From: Octopus vulgaris
Taxonomy: Eukaryota
Direction: 5' to 3'
DNA length: 64,000 nt
Assembly (NCBI GenBank): GCA_951406725.2
Contig: OX597832.1
Location: 31,062,001 to 31,126,000, forward strand
Positions 14,950 through 25,937 of this stretch are shown here, in pieces. Each line of letters begins with the position of its first letter. The first letter of the stretch is position 1. The translations under genes were made by a program, and so were the position numbers. The notes beneath the pieces were generated by a model, which searched no databases, was not told where the DNA came from, and saw nothing but the letters and a program-made list of their open reading frames with translations.

Positions 14950-16272
14950 TTAGAAGGTGGTTTGTTATGGCCGGTCAGAGAGTGACCGTTGGTTTCACAG
15001 CTATAAAGCACTTAGCTGCATAGGCGACTTGTTGGACTCAAATGGTCAGAGGTACTCAACCTCTCTACAACAGGAGCGGGGCAATATGCTATGGGTCAGT
15101 TAATTTTGTAAACATAAAATGTCAGAACGAAACTCTTCTGGCAAAACCTTGAGTGAGGCATAATAGCAATAGCAACAACAACACCATCAATATATCCAGC
15201 AGCAGCAGCAGCAGCAGCAGTAGCAGCAGCAATGGTGGCATTGTTGGCAGCAACTGTGGTACCAACATCACATGCAAGAATAACAATAACAACAGTAGTG
15301 ATACCACCACAACCATCACCACCACTACCACTACCACCATCAGTGGCTGCAGCAACAGCAGCAGCAGCCGTTCAAGAATTTGGACCTGGAGATCTCCATT
15401 TCCTGCGACTTCGAGGGCCACCTCCCAGTGGTGTCGGGCGTCGATGAAGAGCCATCGACTACAACAAGACAACCAAAGTTTTTTTTCCAAGGTCTGGGGT
15501 CTCCCGCCCCTAAGCCCTAGACCATCACCTAATCACCCTTACCCGTCTTGTTGCTTAACAACAACAACAGCAGCAGAAGCAGCAGCAGCAATGGGTGTTG
15601 CAGTGGCAACACCATCAGCAGTGATAATGACAGCAATACCAGCACAAGGACACAAATAAGGAAATATGCTGGATTTCCTGGCAACCCATTCAGACATTGT
15701 CTTAGCAATCATAGGTCCACCTTTAGAATAACAATGAGGCACAACATCACATCTCTGGCCAACTACATATGGTATTTAAAAGAGGATACACTATACATAA
15801 TTAAATGGGTGCTCCTAGAACATATGGGGCTGTACCTCAACAGGAGTAAACAATGTAAGCTTTACTTGGCTGAAACAACAAGAATCCTGAAAAATTCCCT
15901 TGATCTGGGCACCTTTTAAACTCAAAAAAAAGATGTTTAGTCAGTGCCCTCATCAGAGGAAATTCATGTTGAAAACATGGAATTCCCCGTTTGCCAACTA
16001 GAGAAATGCAGCCATCTTCATTAAGCCTGTCATGAACACAACTGGAACCAATCTATTGGGGTCAACTCTGCCTCACCGAAAGTTTTGCCAGTAAAGTTTC
16101 CTTTTGGTAATTTTTGTTTACAAAATTAACTGGCCATAGTGCATTCCTGTCTCCAGTTGTAGAGAGGTTATGTGCCTCTGGCCAATTGAGTCTAATGACT
16201 CGCCTATACAGGTAAGTGCTTTATAGGCGTATACAAGTAATCGTTCTCTGACCAACCATAACAACCTTCTAA
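14950..16272 (+). mobile_element. Penelope-like retroelement remnant: C-terminal GIY-YIG region between inverted ~200-bp pseudo-LTRs
   Basis: 15655-15985 reads KYAGFPGNPFRHCLSNHRSTFR...TSLANYIWYLKE...IKW..LEH...Y.NRSKQCKLYLAE..., then after a frameshift MFSQCPHQRKFMLK, the typical PLE GIY-YIG/CCHH pattern. 14950-15160 and 16069-16272 are diverged reverse complements of each other. Confidence 0.75.
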
Positions 16273-16415
16273 TAACTTTCCAAGACATCTCAACGCTTCT
16301 AAAGCAAACTTCGTTTGTTTGTTTACGTTCATCACAATTTGAATTTAATGTATGATAGCGTCTCATAAAGTGAGATTTCTATATATCTTAAATTTGCGGA
16401 GGAATTTGTGGTGTG

Positions 16416-16495
16416 GGCGGTTTAGTTTAATGGTTCAGAGCACCGCGATATGTAATCATGGAGGGTGTGAGTTCGAGTCTCATAGCCAGCCGCCA
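16416..16495 (+). pseudogene. tRNA-like sequence (Thr-UGU-like pseudogene or SINE head) with T6 terminator
   Basis: Acceptor GGCGGTT/AGCCGCC+A with an extra AGCC, A-box-like TAGTTTAATGG, anticodon arm CCGCGA-TATGTAA-TCATGG, and T arm GTGAG-TTCGAGT-CTCAT. TTTTTT follows at 16500. Confidence 0.5.
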
Positions 16496-16674
16496 ACACT
16501 TTTTTCTGCAAAATAGGGGTAGCTTATCCTGTTCAGGCTATATCATTATTAGTATTATCCTGCGTTTGAGAATTTAAAATCACTTCTTTAACTTTCTAAG
16601 GCATCTCAACGCTTCTAAAGTAAACTTTGTTTGTTTGTTTATGTTCATCGTAATTTAATTATATATATATATAT

Positions 16675-16877
16675 ATTGAATCCAAGAAAGGAAGAAGAAC
16701 AAGCAAAACAAGAAAATAACAATGCGAGTATGTGGTACATGTAAAGTATTAGCAAATGCTCAGGGAAGGAAAGAAAGATGGTTAAATGTTTCGAGCAGAC
16801 GCTCTTCTTCAGAAACAGAGGAAAGTCCAATAGAAAGGAAGATGGAGGAAGAAAATCACCAACGATTCATATGTGGT

Positions 16878-16882
<5 letters not shown>
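16675..16882 (-). mobile_element. ~210-bp hammerhead-bearing repeat inserted in (TA)n, copy 1
   Basis: Minus 16816-16781: GTTT CTGAAGA a GAGC gtct GCTC GAAA CATT TAAC. Homologous along its length to 21345-21556. (TA)n lies on both sides. Confidence 0.65.
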
Positions 16883-16917
<35 letters not shown>

Positions 16918-17150
16918 GTAATCCCTTGTCATATTGTGGTTCACCTGCCACGGTTTATTATTGAAGCTTACGTCGATTCCTCCGTGGTGTTGTTTTGCAT
17001 TTGTAATAAAATAAATATATACAAATTATAAAAACAATAAAAAAATATACAGTACAGTACTGTTTCTACTTTGTGTATTCTCACCTATTGTGGGGGTTTT
17101 TGGAACATAACACCCACAATAGTCGTGGGTTTGTGTTTTTTGTGAATTCT

Positions 17151-17217
<67 letters not shown>

Positions 17218-17220
17218 AGT

Positions 17221-17560
17221 GAAGGCGCATGGCTCAGTGGTTAGAGCGTCGAGCTTACGATCGTGAGGTTGTGAGCTCGAATCCCGGACCGGGCTGCGTG
17301 TTGTGTTCTTGAGCAAGGCACTTTATTTCACGTTGCTCCAGTTCACTCAGCTGTAGAAATGAGTTGCGACGTCACTGGCAGCCAAGCTGTATCGACCTTT
17401 GTCTTTCCCTTGGATAACACTGGTGGCGTGGAGAGGGGAGGCTGGTATGCATGGGCAACTGCTGGTCTTCCATAAAACAACCTTGCCCGGACTTGTGCCT
17501 TGGAGGGTAACTTTCTAGGTGCAATCCCATGGTCATTCATGACCGAAGGGGGTCTTTAAC
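17221..17560 (+). mobile_element. tRNA-headed SINE with CORE/V-like central domain (further copies: 19110-19450 -, 2720-2990 -, 37135-37440 +)
   Basis: GGCTCAGTGGTTAGAGCG A box, GAGCTCGAATCCC B box, then gtgttcttgagcaaggcactttatttcac...cactcagctgtagaaatgagt. Dispersed copies on both strands. Confidence 0.85.
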
Positions 17561-17601
17561 CCCCTTTACTTTATTTAAAGCAGCAGAAAATTCAACAAAA
17601 C

Positions 17602-17639
17602 CTGTTACTCTGAGTTTCACGTTGGCGTTCGTCGGACAG
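17602..17639 (-). ncRNA. Hammerhead-like motif with CCGACGA core inside a 24-bp perfect inverted repeat
   Basis: Minus strand: CTGT CCGACGA ACG ccaa CGT GAAA CTC a GAG TA ACAG. Flanking IR arms are 17574-17597 and 17657-17680. Confidence 0.55.
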
Positions 17640-17754
17640 TTTTTTCTAGCAAAAACTGTTGAATTTTCTGCTGCTTTAAAAAAAGCATATTACTCTACCA
17701 CTGGTATTTGAGTACTCTTTTTTCCACCTTGTTTCACATTTATGTGTTTACTCC

Positions 17755-17799
<45 letters not shown>

Positions 17800-18220
17800 G
17801 TAGATAGATAGATAGATAGCTAGATAGATAGCTAGATAGATGGATAGATAGATGTATATGTATACATATTTATAACTTTATTTATTTATCTATACATATT
17901 GTCATTGTAGTTTAATGTATATGATGTGTCTGTGCAAATTAATAAACATAAGTGGATTGATGTGTTTTCTACATATGTTCACATGCACATATAGATATAT
18001 ACACCATGTAAAGTACGTACACACACGCACACACACACACACGCACATGCTCACACACAAACACACACACGCGTGCTGTGCACAACAGATGTTGCCAGTT
18101 GTGTTTGTTGCTACTGCTGCTGCTGGTGTTGTGTCAGATGTCTGAAGGATCATGGCCGACTGGTAATTGCCTGTTATCCAAACAAAGACATTATTGTAAA
18201 AGAAAACAACAGACGTAAAC

Positions 18221-18251
<31 letters not shown>

Positions 18252-18697
18252 AATAATAATAATTATATCTGGTGGTGGCGGGGGTGGTGTGCGGGGTGGT
18301 GGTTGTGGTGGGTGAGCTGGCAGAATTGTAAGTCCACTGGGTAAAGTGTTTAGTGACATCACGTCTGTCTTTTTATGTTCTGAGTTCAAATTCTGCCAAG
18401 ATTGACTTTGCTTTACATCCTTTTGAAGTATTGATGGCGGACAACGTCATAACTTACCTCAGCCTCCAAGATTGCTGGCCTTGTGTCAAAATTCGAAGTC
18501 AATATTTATACGTGTGTATGTGTGTGTGTATACACATATATCTGTAAGTCCTCCTCCTCCTCCTCCTCATCATCATCATTTTAATGTCTCCCAGGGTCAC
18601 ATCATCCCATGGCTTCCTATATAGTGTAATTTGAAGGCAATTTCCCTGTTATTTCTGTCATGGAGGTTGACCACATATAAACACCTTCATTGACTTC

Positions 18698-18737
<40 letters not shown>

Positions 18738-19469
18738 TTTTGCTTCCAACTGAGGCACAAGGCCTTAATGTGGAGGGGGTGGGCAAATTCATTACTTTGA
18801 CCCTAGTATATGACTGGTACTATTATTTCATTGATCCTGAAGGTGCGAAAGGCAAAGCTGGCCTTGCTGAGATTTGAACTCAGAATGTAAACAACCAATA
18901 GAAATAGCCCCGAGCATTTTGCCTCACCTGCTAACGATTCTGCCAGCTCACCACCTGAATAATAATAATTATTTACATTATTTACATTGAACGGATGTGT
19001 GTCCTCATCTTGTTTGTTGTTACCACGGGCATATAGCATAATGGTTAAGTGCACAGGCTGCTAACCCCAAGATTGTGAGTTCAATTCTAGGCAGTGCCTT
19101 GAATAAATAGGAGGAGACCCCCTTCTGTCATGAATGACCGTAGGATTGCACGTAGAAAGTTACCCTCCCAGGCACAAATCTGAGCAAGATTGTTTGTGGA
19201 AGACCAGCAGTCGCCCATGCATACCAACCTCTTCCTCTCCATTCCACTGATGTTATCCATGGGAAAGGCAAAGGGGCCGATACAGCTTGGCACCAATGAT
19301 ATTGCAACTCATTTCCACAGCTGAGTGAACTTGAGCAACGTGAAATAAAGTGTCTTGCTCAAGAACACAACACACAACCCGGTCTGGGAATCGAACTCAC
19401 AACCTCACGATCATAAGCACTACGCTCTAACCACTAAGCCTTCACCCTTGAATAAATAATAATAATAAT

Positions 19470-19655
19470 GTCAGCTAAAAATACCTGAATGAGAATGAGA
19501 ACCCAGAGTTGGGTTCAAAATTCTACCAGGACACCTGATGAAGGCTGGAGAGAAAATCAGCCGAAACATTGTGGTAACAACAAACAAGATAAGGACAAAT
19601 ATCCGTAAATAATGTAGATAATGTATAGAATTCCTCATCTCAAAAATATTGAACA
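19470..19655 (+). mobile_element. Short PLE-type repeat with minimal hammerhead (19531-19574) in (TAA)-rich context
   Basis: aCAC CTGATGA a GGCTG gagagaaaat CAGCC GAAA CATT GTGg. A partial inverted copy lies at 18968-19026. Confidence 0.6.
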
Positions 19656-19845
19656 ATAATAATAATCATCATCTTTTCTACTCTAGGCATAAGGCCTAGA
19701 GTAGCAACTGGTACTGAATTTATTCACCCCGAAAGGATGAAAGGCAAAGTTGACCTTGGTGGAATTTGAACTCAGAACGTAAAGACAGGTGAACTACCAC
19801 TAAGAATTTCATCCAACGTGCTAACAATTCTACAAGCTTGCCGCC

Positions 19846-19901
<56 letters not shown>

Positions 19902-19902
<1 letters not shown>

Positions 19903-20157
19903 TTCAAAAGATAGTGCTCATGGGAACTGCTCATATCCTACGCAAAATACTCTCTATGTAATCTCAAGGTTTAAAACAAACTTTTTTTAAAAAAAATTTA
20001 TTTATTAGACATTCACTAGTACAACACAAAATACAAAACCAAATATATGGCACACTAGGCATAACAACAACAGGAACTTCCAACCTGTTGTCTCTTGAGG
20101 TCTCTGGGTGAGACTTGGAGCCAACTTGTACAGACATAAAGCAAAAGTCAAACATAG
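19902..20157 (+). mobile_element. Severely 5'-truncated Dong/R4-like 3' end in (TAA)n
   Basis: IQKIVLMGTAHILRKILSM* followed by a ~200-nt UTR, embedded between (TAA)n arrays. Confidence 0.75.
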
Positions 20158-20187
20158 AATAATAATATTAATAATAATAATAATAAT

Positions 20188-20228
<41 letters not shown>

Positions 20229-20750
20229 TAATAATAATAATAATTTCTCCTATAGGCACATGGCCTGAAATTTTGGGGGAGGGTTATAGTTGATTACATC
20301 GACCCCAGTGCATAACTGGTACTTGTTTTATCAACCCTGAAAGGATGAAAGGCTAAGTCGACCTCGGTGGAATTTGAACTCAGAACATAGTGGCAGATGA
20401 AACATTGCTAAGCATTTCATCCAGCTAACGATTCTGTCCTTTCCCCACCTTGATGATGATGATGATGATGATGTTTTATGATGATGATGATGATGATGAA
20501 TATGTGATGGTGTTGATAGTTATGATAATAACTGTTGATAATGTTGTTTAGCTCTATGATCAGAGACCTTCCAACTATGACCATCCTGCATGGAACCAGA
20601 GTCACATTATCAAACATGTCCTTTTTCTGTAATAAAGCAGAGTGATATGCGGTCATTTGGCTATCATTTCTAGCAGGTCGAGTGGCTGCCTAAGGACTCC
20701 TTCATTTATGATAATGACAATGTTGATGGTTTTCTAATCATTTATTTCAG

Positions 20751-20973
20751 GTGAAAACGATTATCACAGGTGCTCATCAGACCCTGGTGGAACTGGCCAA
20801 GAAACAAGGTTACTTTGTGGATTTGAACTCCCCTCCTGTGGATAACAATATTGCAGCACGACAAGCTTCCAAACTGGAAGGTCCAGCTGATACATTGATA
20901 CAAAGCTGTGAAGATAAAGATATCAGGTCGCAGTTAGCATTGGATGAATTCTACAAAATATCACACACTAATG
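20751..20973 (+). CDS. METTL4: METTL4 internal coding exon A (first one found in the window; phase 0 to 1)
   Basis: Acceptor tttatttcAG and donor GTaggt. Translates VKTIITGAHQTLVELAKKQGYF...YKISHTN, resembling the recalled vertebrate METTL4 segment IRELILDGSLQLIQEGLKSGF. The terminal G joins AA of the next exon in frame. Confidence 0.8.
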
Positions 20974-21083
20974 GTAGGTTTATATCTGTTGGTAGTTATG
21001 ACTTATAGTTTTGTATTTGTGTGTGTGTTGGGGATGCGTGTGTCTGTCCATCTCTCTCTCTCTCTCTTTCTCTCTTTTCTCTC

Positions 21084-21121
<38 letters not shown>

Positions 21122-21188
21122 CTCTCTTACTCTCTCTCTCTTTCTCTCTTTTCTCTCTCACTCTCTCTCTCTCTCTCTTTCTCTCTTT

Positions 21189-21221
<33 letters not shown>

Positions 21222-21344
21222 TTCTCTCTTTTCTCTCTCACTCTCTCTCTCTTTCTCTCTTTTCTCTCTCACTTTCTCTCTCTCCCTCCCTTGATTCAGC
21301 AGATGAAAAATATTCCTATTTCTTTATTGCCCACAAGGGCAATA

Positions 21345-21556
21345 TATAATGTGACCTCGTGTGCACTGTTGGCGATTTTTTTTCCTCTGTCTTCCCTTCT
21401 CTGGATCATTCCTTCTCCTATGTTTCCGACAAAGAGCTCCGCTCGAAACGTTAAATCCTCCTTCTTTCTTTCTTTCCTGAGTGTCCAATAATACTATATT
21501 TGTTCCACGTCCTCGCATTGTTGTGTTTTTTTGTGCTTTCTTGTTTGGATTAACTA
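21345..21556 (+). mobile_element. ~210-bp hammerhead-bearing repeat, copy 2 (core decayed)
   Basis: 21422-21456: GTTT CCGACAA a GAGC tcc GCTC GAAA CGTT AAAT, followed by (TA)n. Same family as 16675-16882 in the opposite orientation. Confidence 0.6.
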
Positions 21557-21601
21557 TATATGTATATATATATATATATATATATAGTATATATATATAT
21601 G

Positions 21602-21648
<47 letters not shown>

Positions 21649-24600
21649 GCACACACACACACACACAAAATTACCTTCATCTGCAAGTGAATGTGGTTTG
21701 GTTACATGCTATGTATCATGTTGAGCTAATTGCTTTAGGTGCCTACACACTCATGAGTTGATTCCCCTTTGACCTAGCCGAACATTGAGGATGTGACAAC
21801 TGGAGAGAGAGAGAGAAAGAGAGAGAGAGTGAGAGAGAGAGAGATGCACCAACATGAAGCCGGTGCCCAATACAGCTTAGTAGGCTGAATTAGCATGAAG
21901 TGAAGAGACTTGCTGAAGGACATAATGTGGCACCTGGTTGAAGAATTGACCCTCAACATTATGCTCAGTGCCTTCACACATGCTCACACACACACATGCA
22001 TGCACAGACACATGCTCACACACACACATGCATGCACAGACACATGCACATATGCACGCACTTGCACTCAGTGCTGTGTGGAGATGCAGATTCAATTCAG
22101 CAAGTGCATCGAAGCAAGGTGCATTTCACAATGCAGCAGCCCCCGAAATACAGCAAACCATCTGCTGCACATTATAGAAACTTCTCAACACCTAAAACAT
22201 TGCAAAGCCAGATGTGGCGCCATCTGTTGGTAAGTCTTCCACAGAACCTGGAGGTGGCAGGAGTGTTGCTGTTGCCAGCACCCCCCCCCCCCCCCCCCCA
22301 CCCTCCTCCTCCACTTCCTCTGCAAGTATTGAAACACAAATGATGCCACTCACTGCTGAATGGAATTCGGTGTCTGGATGGATGGGGGGGGGGACTATTT
22401 TAGAACATGGCTCATTGGTTTGGGGGCCCTGTGGGGTAAGGGTGTGTTGGAGGGGAGGGAGGGCATAACTCACCTGCTTTTGATGTGTGTGTGTGTGTGT
22501 CTGTGTGTGTGTATGTATTCATTTGCATCTGTATGTGTACACGTGCATTTGTAGGTTGCATAAGTCTAGTGTGTGCATATGTATATATGCATGTGTGTAT
22601 GAATGTATGCATACGTGCAAAGTTTGTGTGTGTGTATGTGTGTGTGTGTGTATGTGTGGTGTGTATATTTCTGATTTTGTGAATGCATGTGTGTGTATAT
22701 ATGTATATATAACATGATTAGACTTTTTGTGTACATGTATGTATACTCATTTTTATGTGTGTGTGTGTGTGTTTGTGTGTATATGTGTGTGTATTTCTGA
22801 TTTTGTGTATGCATGTGTGTATATATGTGTATATATGACATGCTCAGACTTTGTGTGTACATTTATGTATACTCATGTTTTTGTGTGTGTCTGTGTATTC
22901 TTGACCACTAATAGATATTCTGTATGTGTATGTATATTCACGTACACACACACGTGTTTGTACTTAAGTACTTATATCTGTGTGTGTGTGTGTGTGTATA
23001 GATATGTACCTGTTAAGCATGCATTTTGTCAGGTGCACACACACACTCCCATGTTTGCGGGTTCCTCAATACATCAATGTCCTTCACACTTGACCAATTC
23101 CATATTCTTAAAAAAAAGGTTGTGGTCTTAGAATCTCCCTTTCCATTCCTTCTGTTGGAAATATCCCGTATTCCACCTCTACCACACCACTACATTTCAC
23201 TGCCACCACCACCATTCCCCACCCCACCACCACTACACCCATCAATATACCTTACAGCTCCACTATCGTTGCATCAACATCATGCCAACCACCACCAGCA
23301 ACTCCTACCCCTTCCCTGCAATCACTTATTTCTTGCTGAGGGAAACTGCACTATAACCCCCACTATCACATTACTACCACCACTGCCGCCACCACCAGCA
23401 CCAGCACCACCACTACCACAACAGCCACCATCACCACCACAATCACCACCACAATCACCACCACCACCACCACCTCCACCACCACTACCACAACAGCCAC
23501 CATCACCACCACCACCACAGCCATTTGAGTTCATCAAGTGACAACAATACCATTTCCATTTTGTTGCAGTCTTCTGTAAATCCTGGAAATATTTTTTGCT
23601 TTTTGTTCCAGCATTTTGTCATTTGCTTATCACTGGTTCAATCCCATGTAGCACATTGGATGGGCTGGGAAGGGGAGGGGTTCTGCCAGTTGACAGCAAG
23701 CCACGAAGGGGTGAGGCTTAGTCAGTTGACAGCAGACAACAAAAGTGGTGGGGGACATACTTGATACTGGGACCAGAAAGGGGAGGGGCATAGTCAATTA
23801 ACACTAGTCCACAAAGGGCAGAGCCATACCAATTTACTCTGGTTCACAAGGAAGGGCACTTAGTCAACGGACTTTAAACCCTAGGCATTTATTTCGTAGA
23901 TGCTGGGAAGACAACAGCCAAAGTTTTCCTCAGCGGGATTTGAACTCAGGACATAGAAAAGAGGAATTAAATGCTTTAATCCTTTTGATCTCAACCTGGC
24001 TAAAACCGTTTCTGGATCTGAGTACAAATGTCTTGTTTGCAAAAGTTCTGAATTAAAATCTTCCACCAAATCCTAGTCACAATTTATGTTCCTAACACTA
24101 AGCTGAATGATAAAGAAGTTATTTTACCAAATTCTTTGTTATATTTAAAATTAATTGAAAGAAACACAGAGCATCTCAACAGAAATATTTAATTCTTTAT
24201 TGCCCACAAGGGGCTAAACATAGAGGGGACAAACAAGGACAGACAAAGGAATTAAGTTGATTACATCAACTCCAGTGCGTAGCTGGTACTTATTTAATCA
24301 ACCCCGAAAGGATGAAAGCAAAGTTGACCTTGGCGGCATTTGAACTCAGAACGTAAAGACAGACGAAATACCGTTAAGCATTTTGCCTGGCGTACTAACG
24401 ATTCTGTCAGCTCCCCACCCTACACAGACACATATCAATACATGCACACACAAAGCATCATCATCATCATCATTTAACGTCCGTTTTCCATGCTGGCATG
24501 GGTTGGACGGTTTGACTGGGATCTTGGAAGCCAGGAGGCTGCACCAGGTTCCAGTCTGAACTGGCAATATTTCTACAACTGGATGCCCTTCCTAATGCCA

Positions 24601-24774
24601 ACCACTCCAAGAGTATAGTGGGTGCTTTTTTACATGCCACAGGCATGGAAGCCAGTCAAGGTGACACTAGCATCGGCTACATTCCGATGGTGGCTTTTAC
24701 ATGCCACTGGCACGGGGATCACAACTACAATTTCCATTTGATTGTAATTGCATTTTGATCGTTATTATTATTAA

Positions 24775-24990
24775 GGTGGTGAGATGGTAGAATTATTAGC
24801 ATGCCAGACGAAATGCATAGCGATATTTCGTCTGTTGCTACGTTCTGAGTTCAAATTCTGCTGAGGTCGACTTTGCTTTTCATCTTTTTGGGGGTCGATA
24901 AATTAAGTACCAGTGAAATACTGGGGTCGATGTGATCGACCTTCTCCCCTCCCCTCAAATTCCAGGCCTTGTACCTATAGTAGAAAAGAT
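24775..24990 (+). mobile_element. SINE family B (further copies: 5985-6197 -, 10681-10900 +, 20250-20450 -, 24190-24415 -, 25010-25400 +, 29950-30180 +)
   Basis: Shared gctggcagaa..ttagc...gttctgagttcaaattc.gc.gaggtcgactttgcctttcatcctttcggggtcgataaattaagtaccag. Usually ends in (ATT)n. Confidence 0.88.
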
Positions 24991-25903
24991 TATTATTATC
25001 ATTATTAAGATGGCAATCTGGCAGAATTGTTAGCATGCAGTATGATGCCACTGCGTTTTGAGTTCAAATTCTGCCAAGGTCAACTTCGCCTTTCATCCTT
25101 TCAGGGTCGATTAATAACTACCAGTTATGCACTGGGGTTGCTGTAATTGACTTAATCCCTTCCTCCAAACTTGAGGCCTTGCGCTTCCAGTAGAAAAGAT
25201 TATTATTATTAAGAAAGTGGCGGAATTGTTAGCGCCCTGGACGAAATGCTGAGCGGTATCCCGTCCACTTTGCCTTTCATCCTTTCGGGGCCAATTAAAA
25301 AAGTACCAGTTACGCATTGGGGTTGATATAATCGACTTAATCCGTTTGTCTGTCTTTGTTTGTCCTCTCTGTGTTTAGCCCCTTGTGGGTAGTAAAGAAA
25401 TAGAAATAGGTATTCCGTCCATCTTTATGTTCTGATTTCAAATTCTGCCAAGATCAACTCTGCTCTCTATCCTTTCGGGGTTGATGAAATAAGCACCAGT
25501 TGAGTATTAGGGGTCAATGTAATTGACTTGTGCCCTCTCCCAGATTTCAGGCCCTGTGCCAATAGCAGAAAGGGTTCTGATGATGATGATGAAGATGACA
25601 AGCTGGTAGAACTGTTTGTAGAATTTCATCCAAAGTACCAGTCATGTACTGGGGTTAATGTAATCCAGCAAAGGGAGCTTATAGTAGAAAGGATTATTAT
25701 TATTATTATTATTATTTTTGTTGTTTTGATTCTTGTTTGCTTCCCTGCTCCTCACACCCGTGTTTTCTCACATTTGAGGAATTTGTTGTGTTTGACATTT
25801 AGGCAGTGGTGGTCGTGGTGGGAGGAGGAAACCCCAGATATAATATGTTTACTGTTCTGTGTGTGTGTGTGTGTATGTGTGTGTGTGTGTGTGACTGTCT
25901 GTT

Positions 25904-25937
<34 letters not shown>

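Noticed and set aside
16916-16956. CAGTAATCCCT... Tigger-like TIR
   Set aside because: It is a single decayed end with no partner TIR found.
17045-17135. Possible further hammerhead on the minus strand (ATAG gtgaga a TAC..GTA GAAA CAGTACTG TA CTGT) next to a CTATTGTGGG/CCCACAATAG hairpin
   Set aside because: Stems and the palindrome fit, but the first core is too degenerate (GTGAGA) to call.
17221-17295. tRNA gene call
   Set aside because: A and B boxes run directly into a SINE body that has several dispersed copies, so it is a SINE head and not a tRNA gene.
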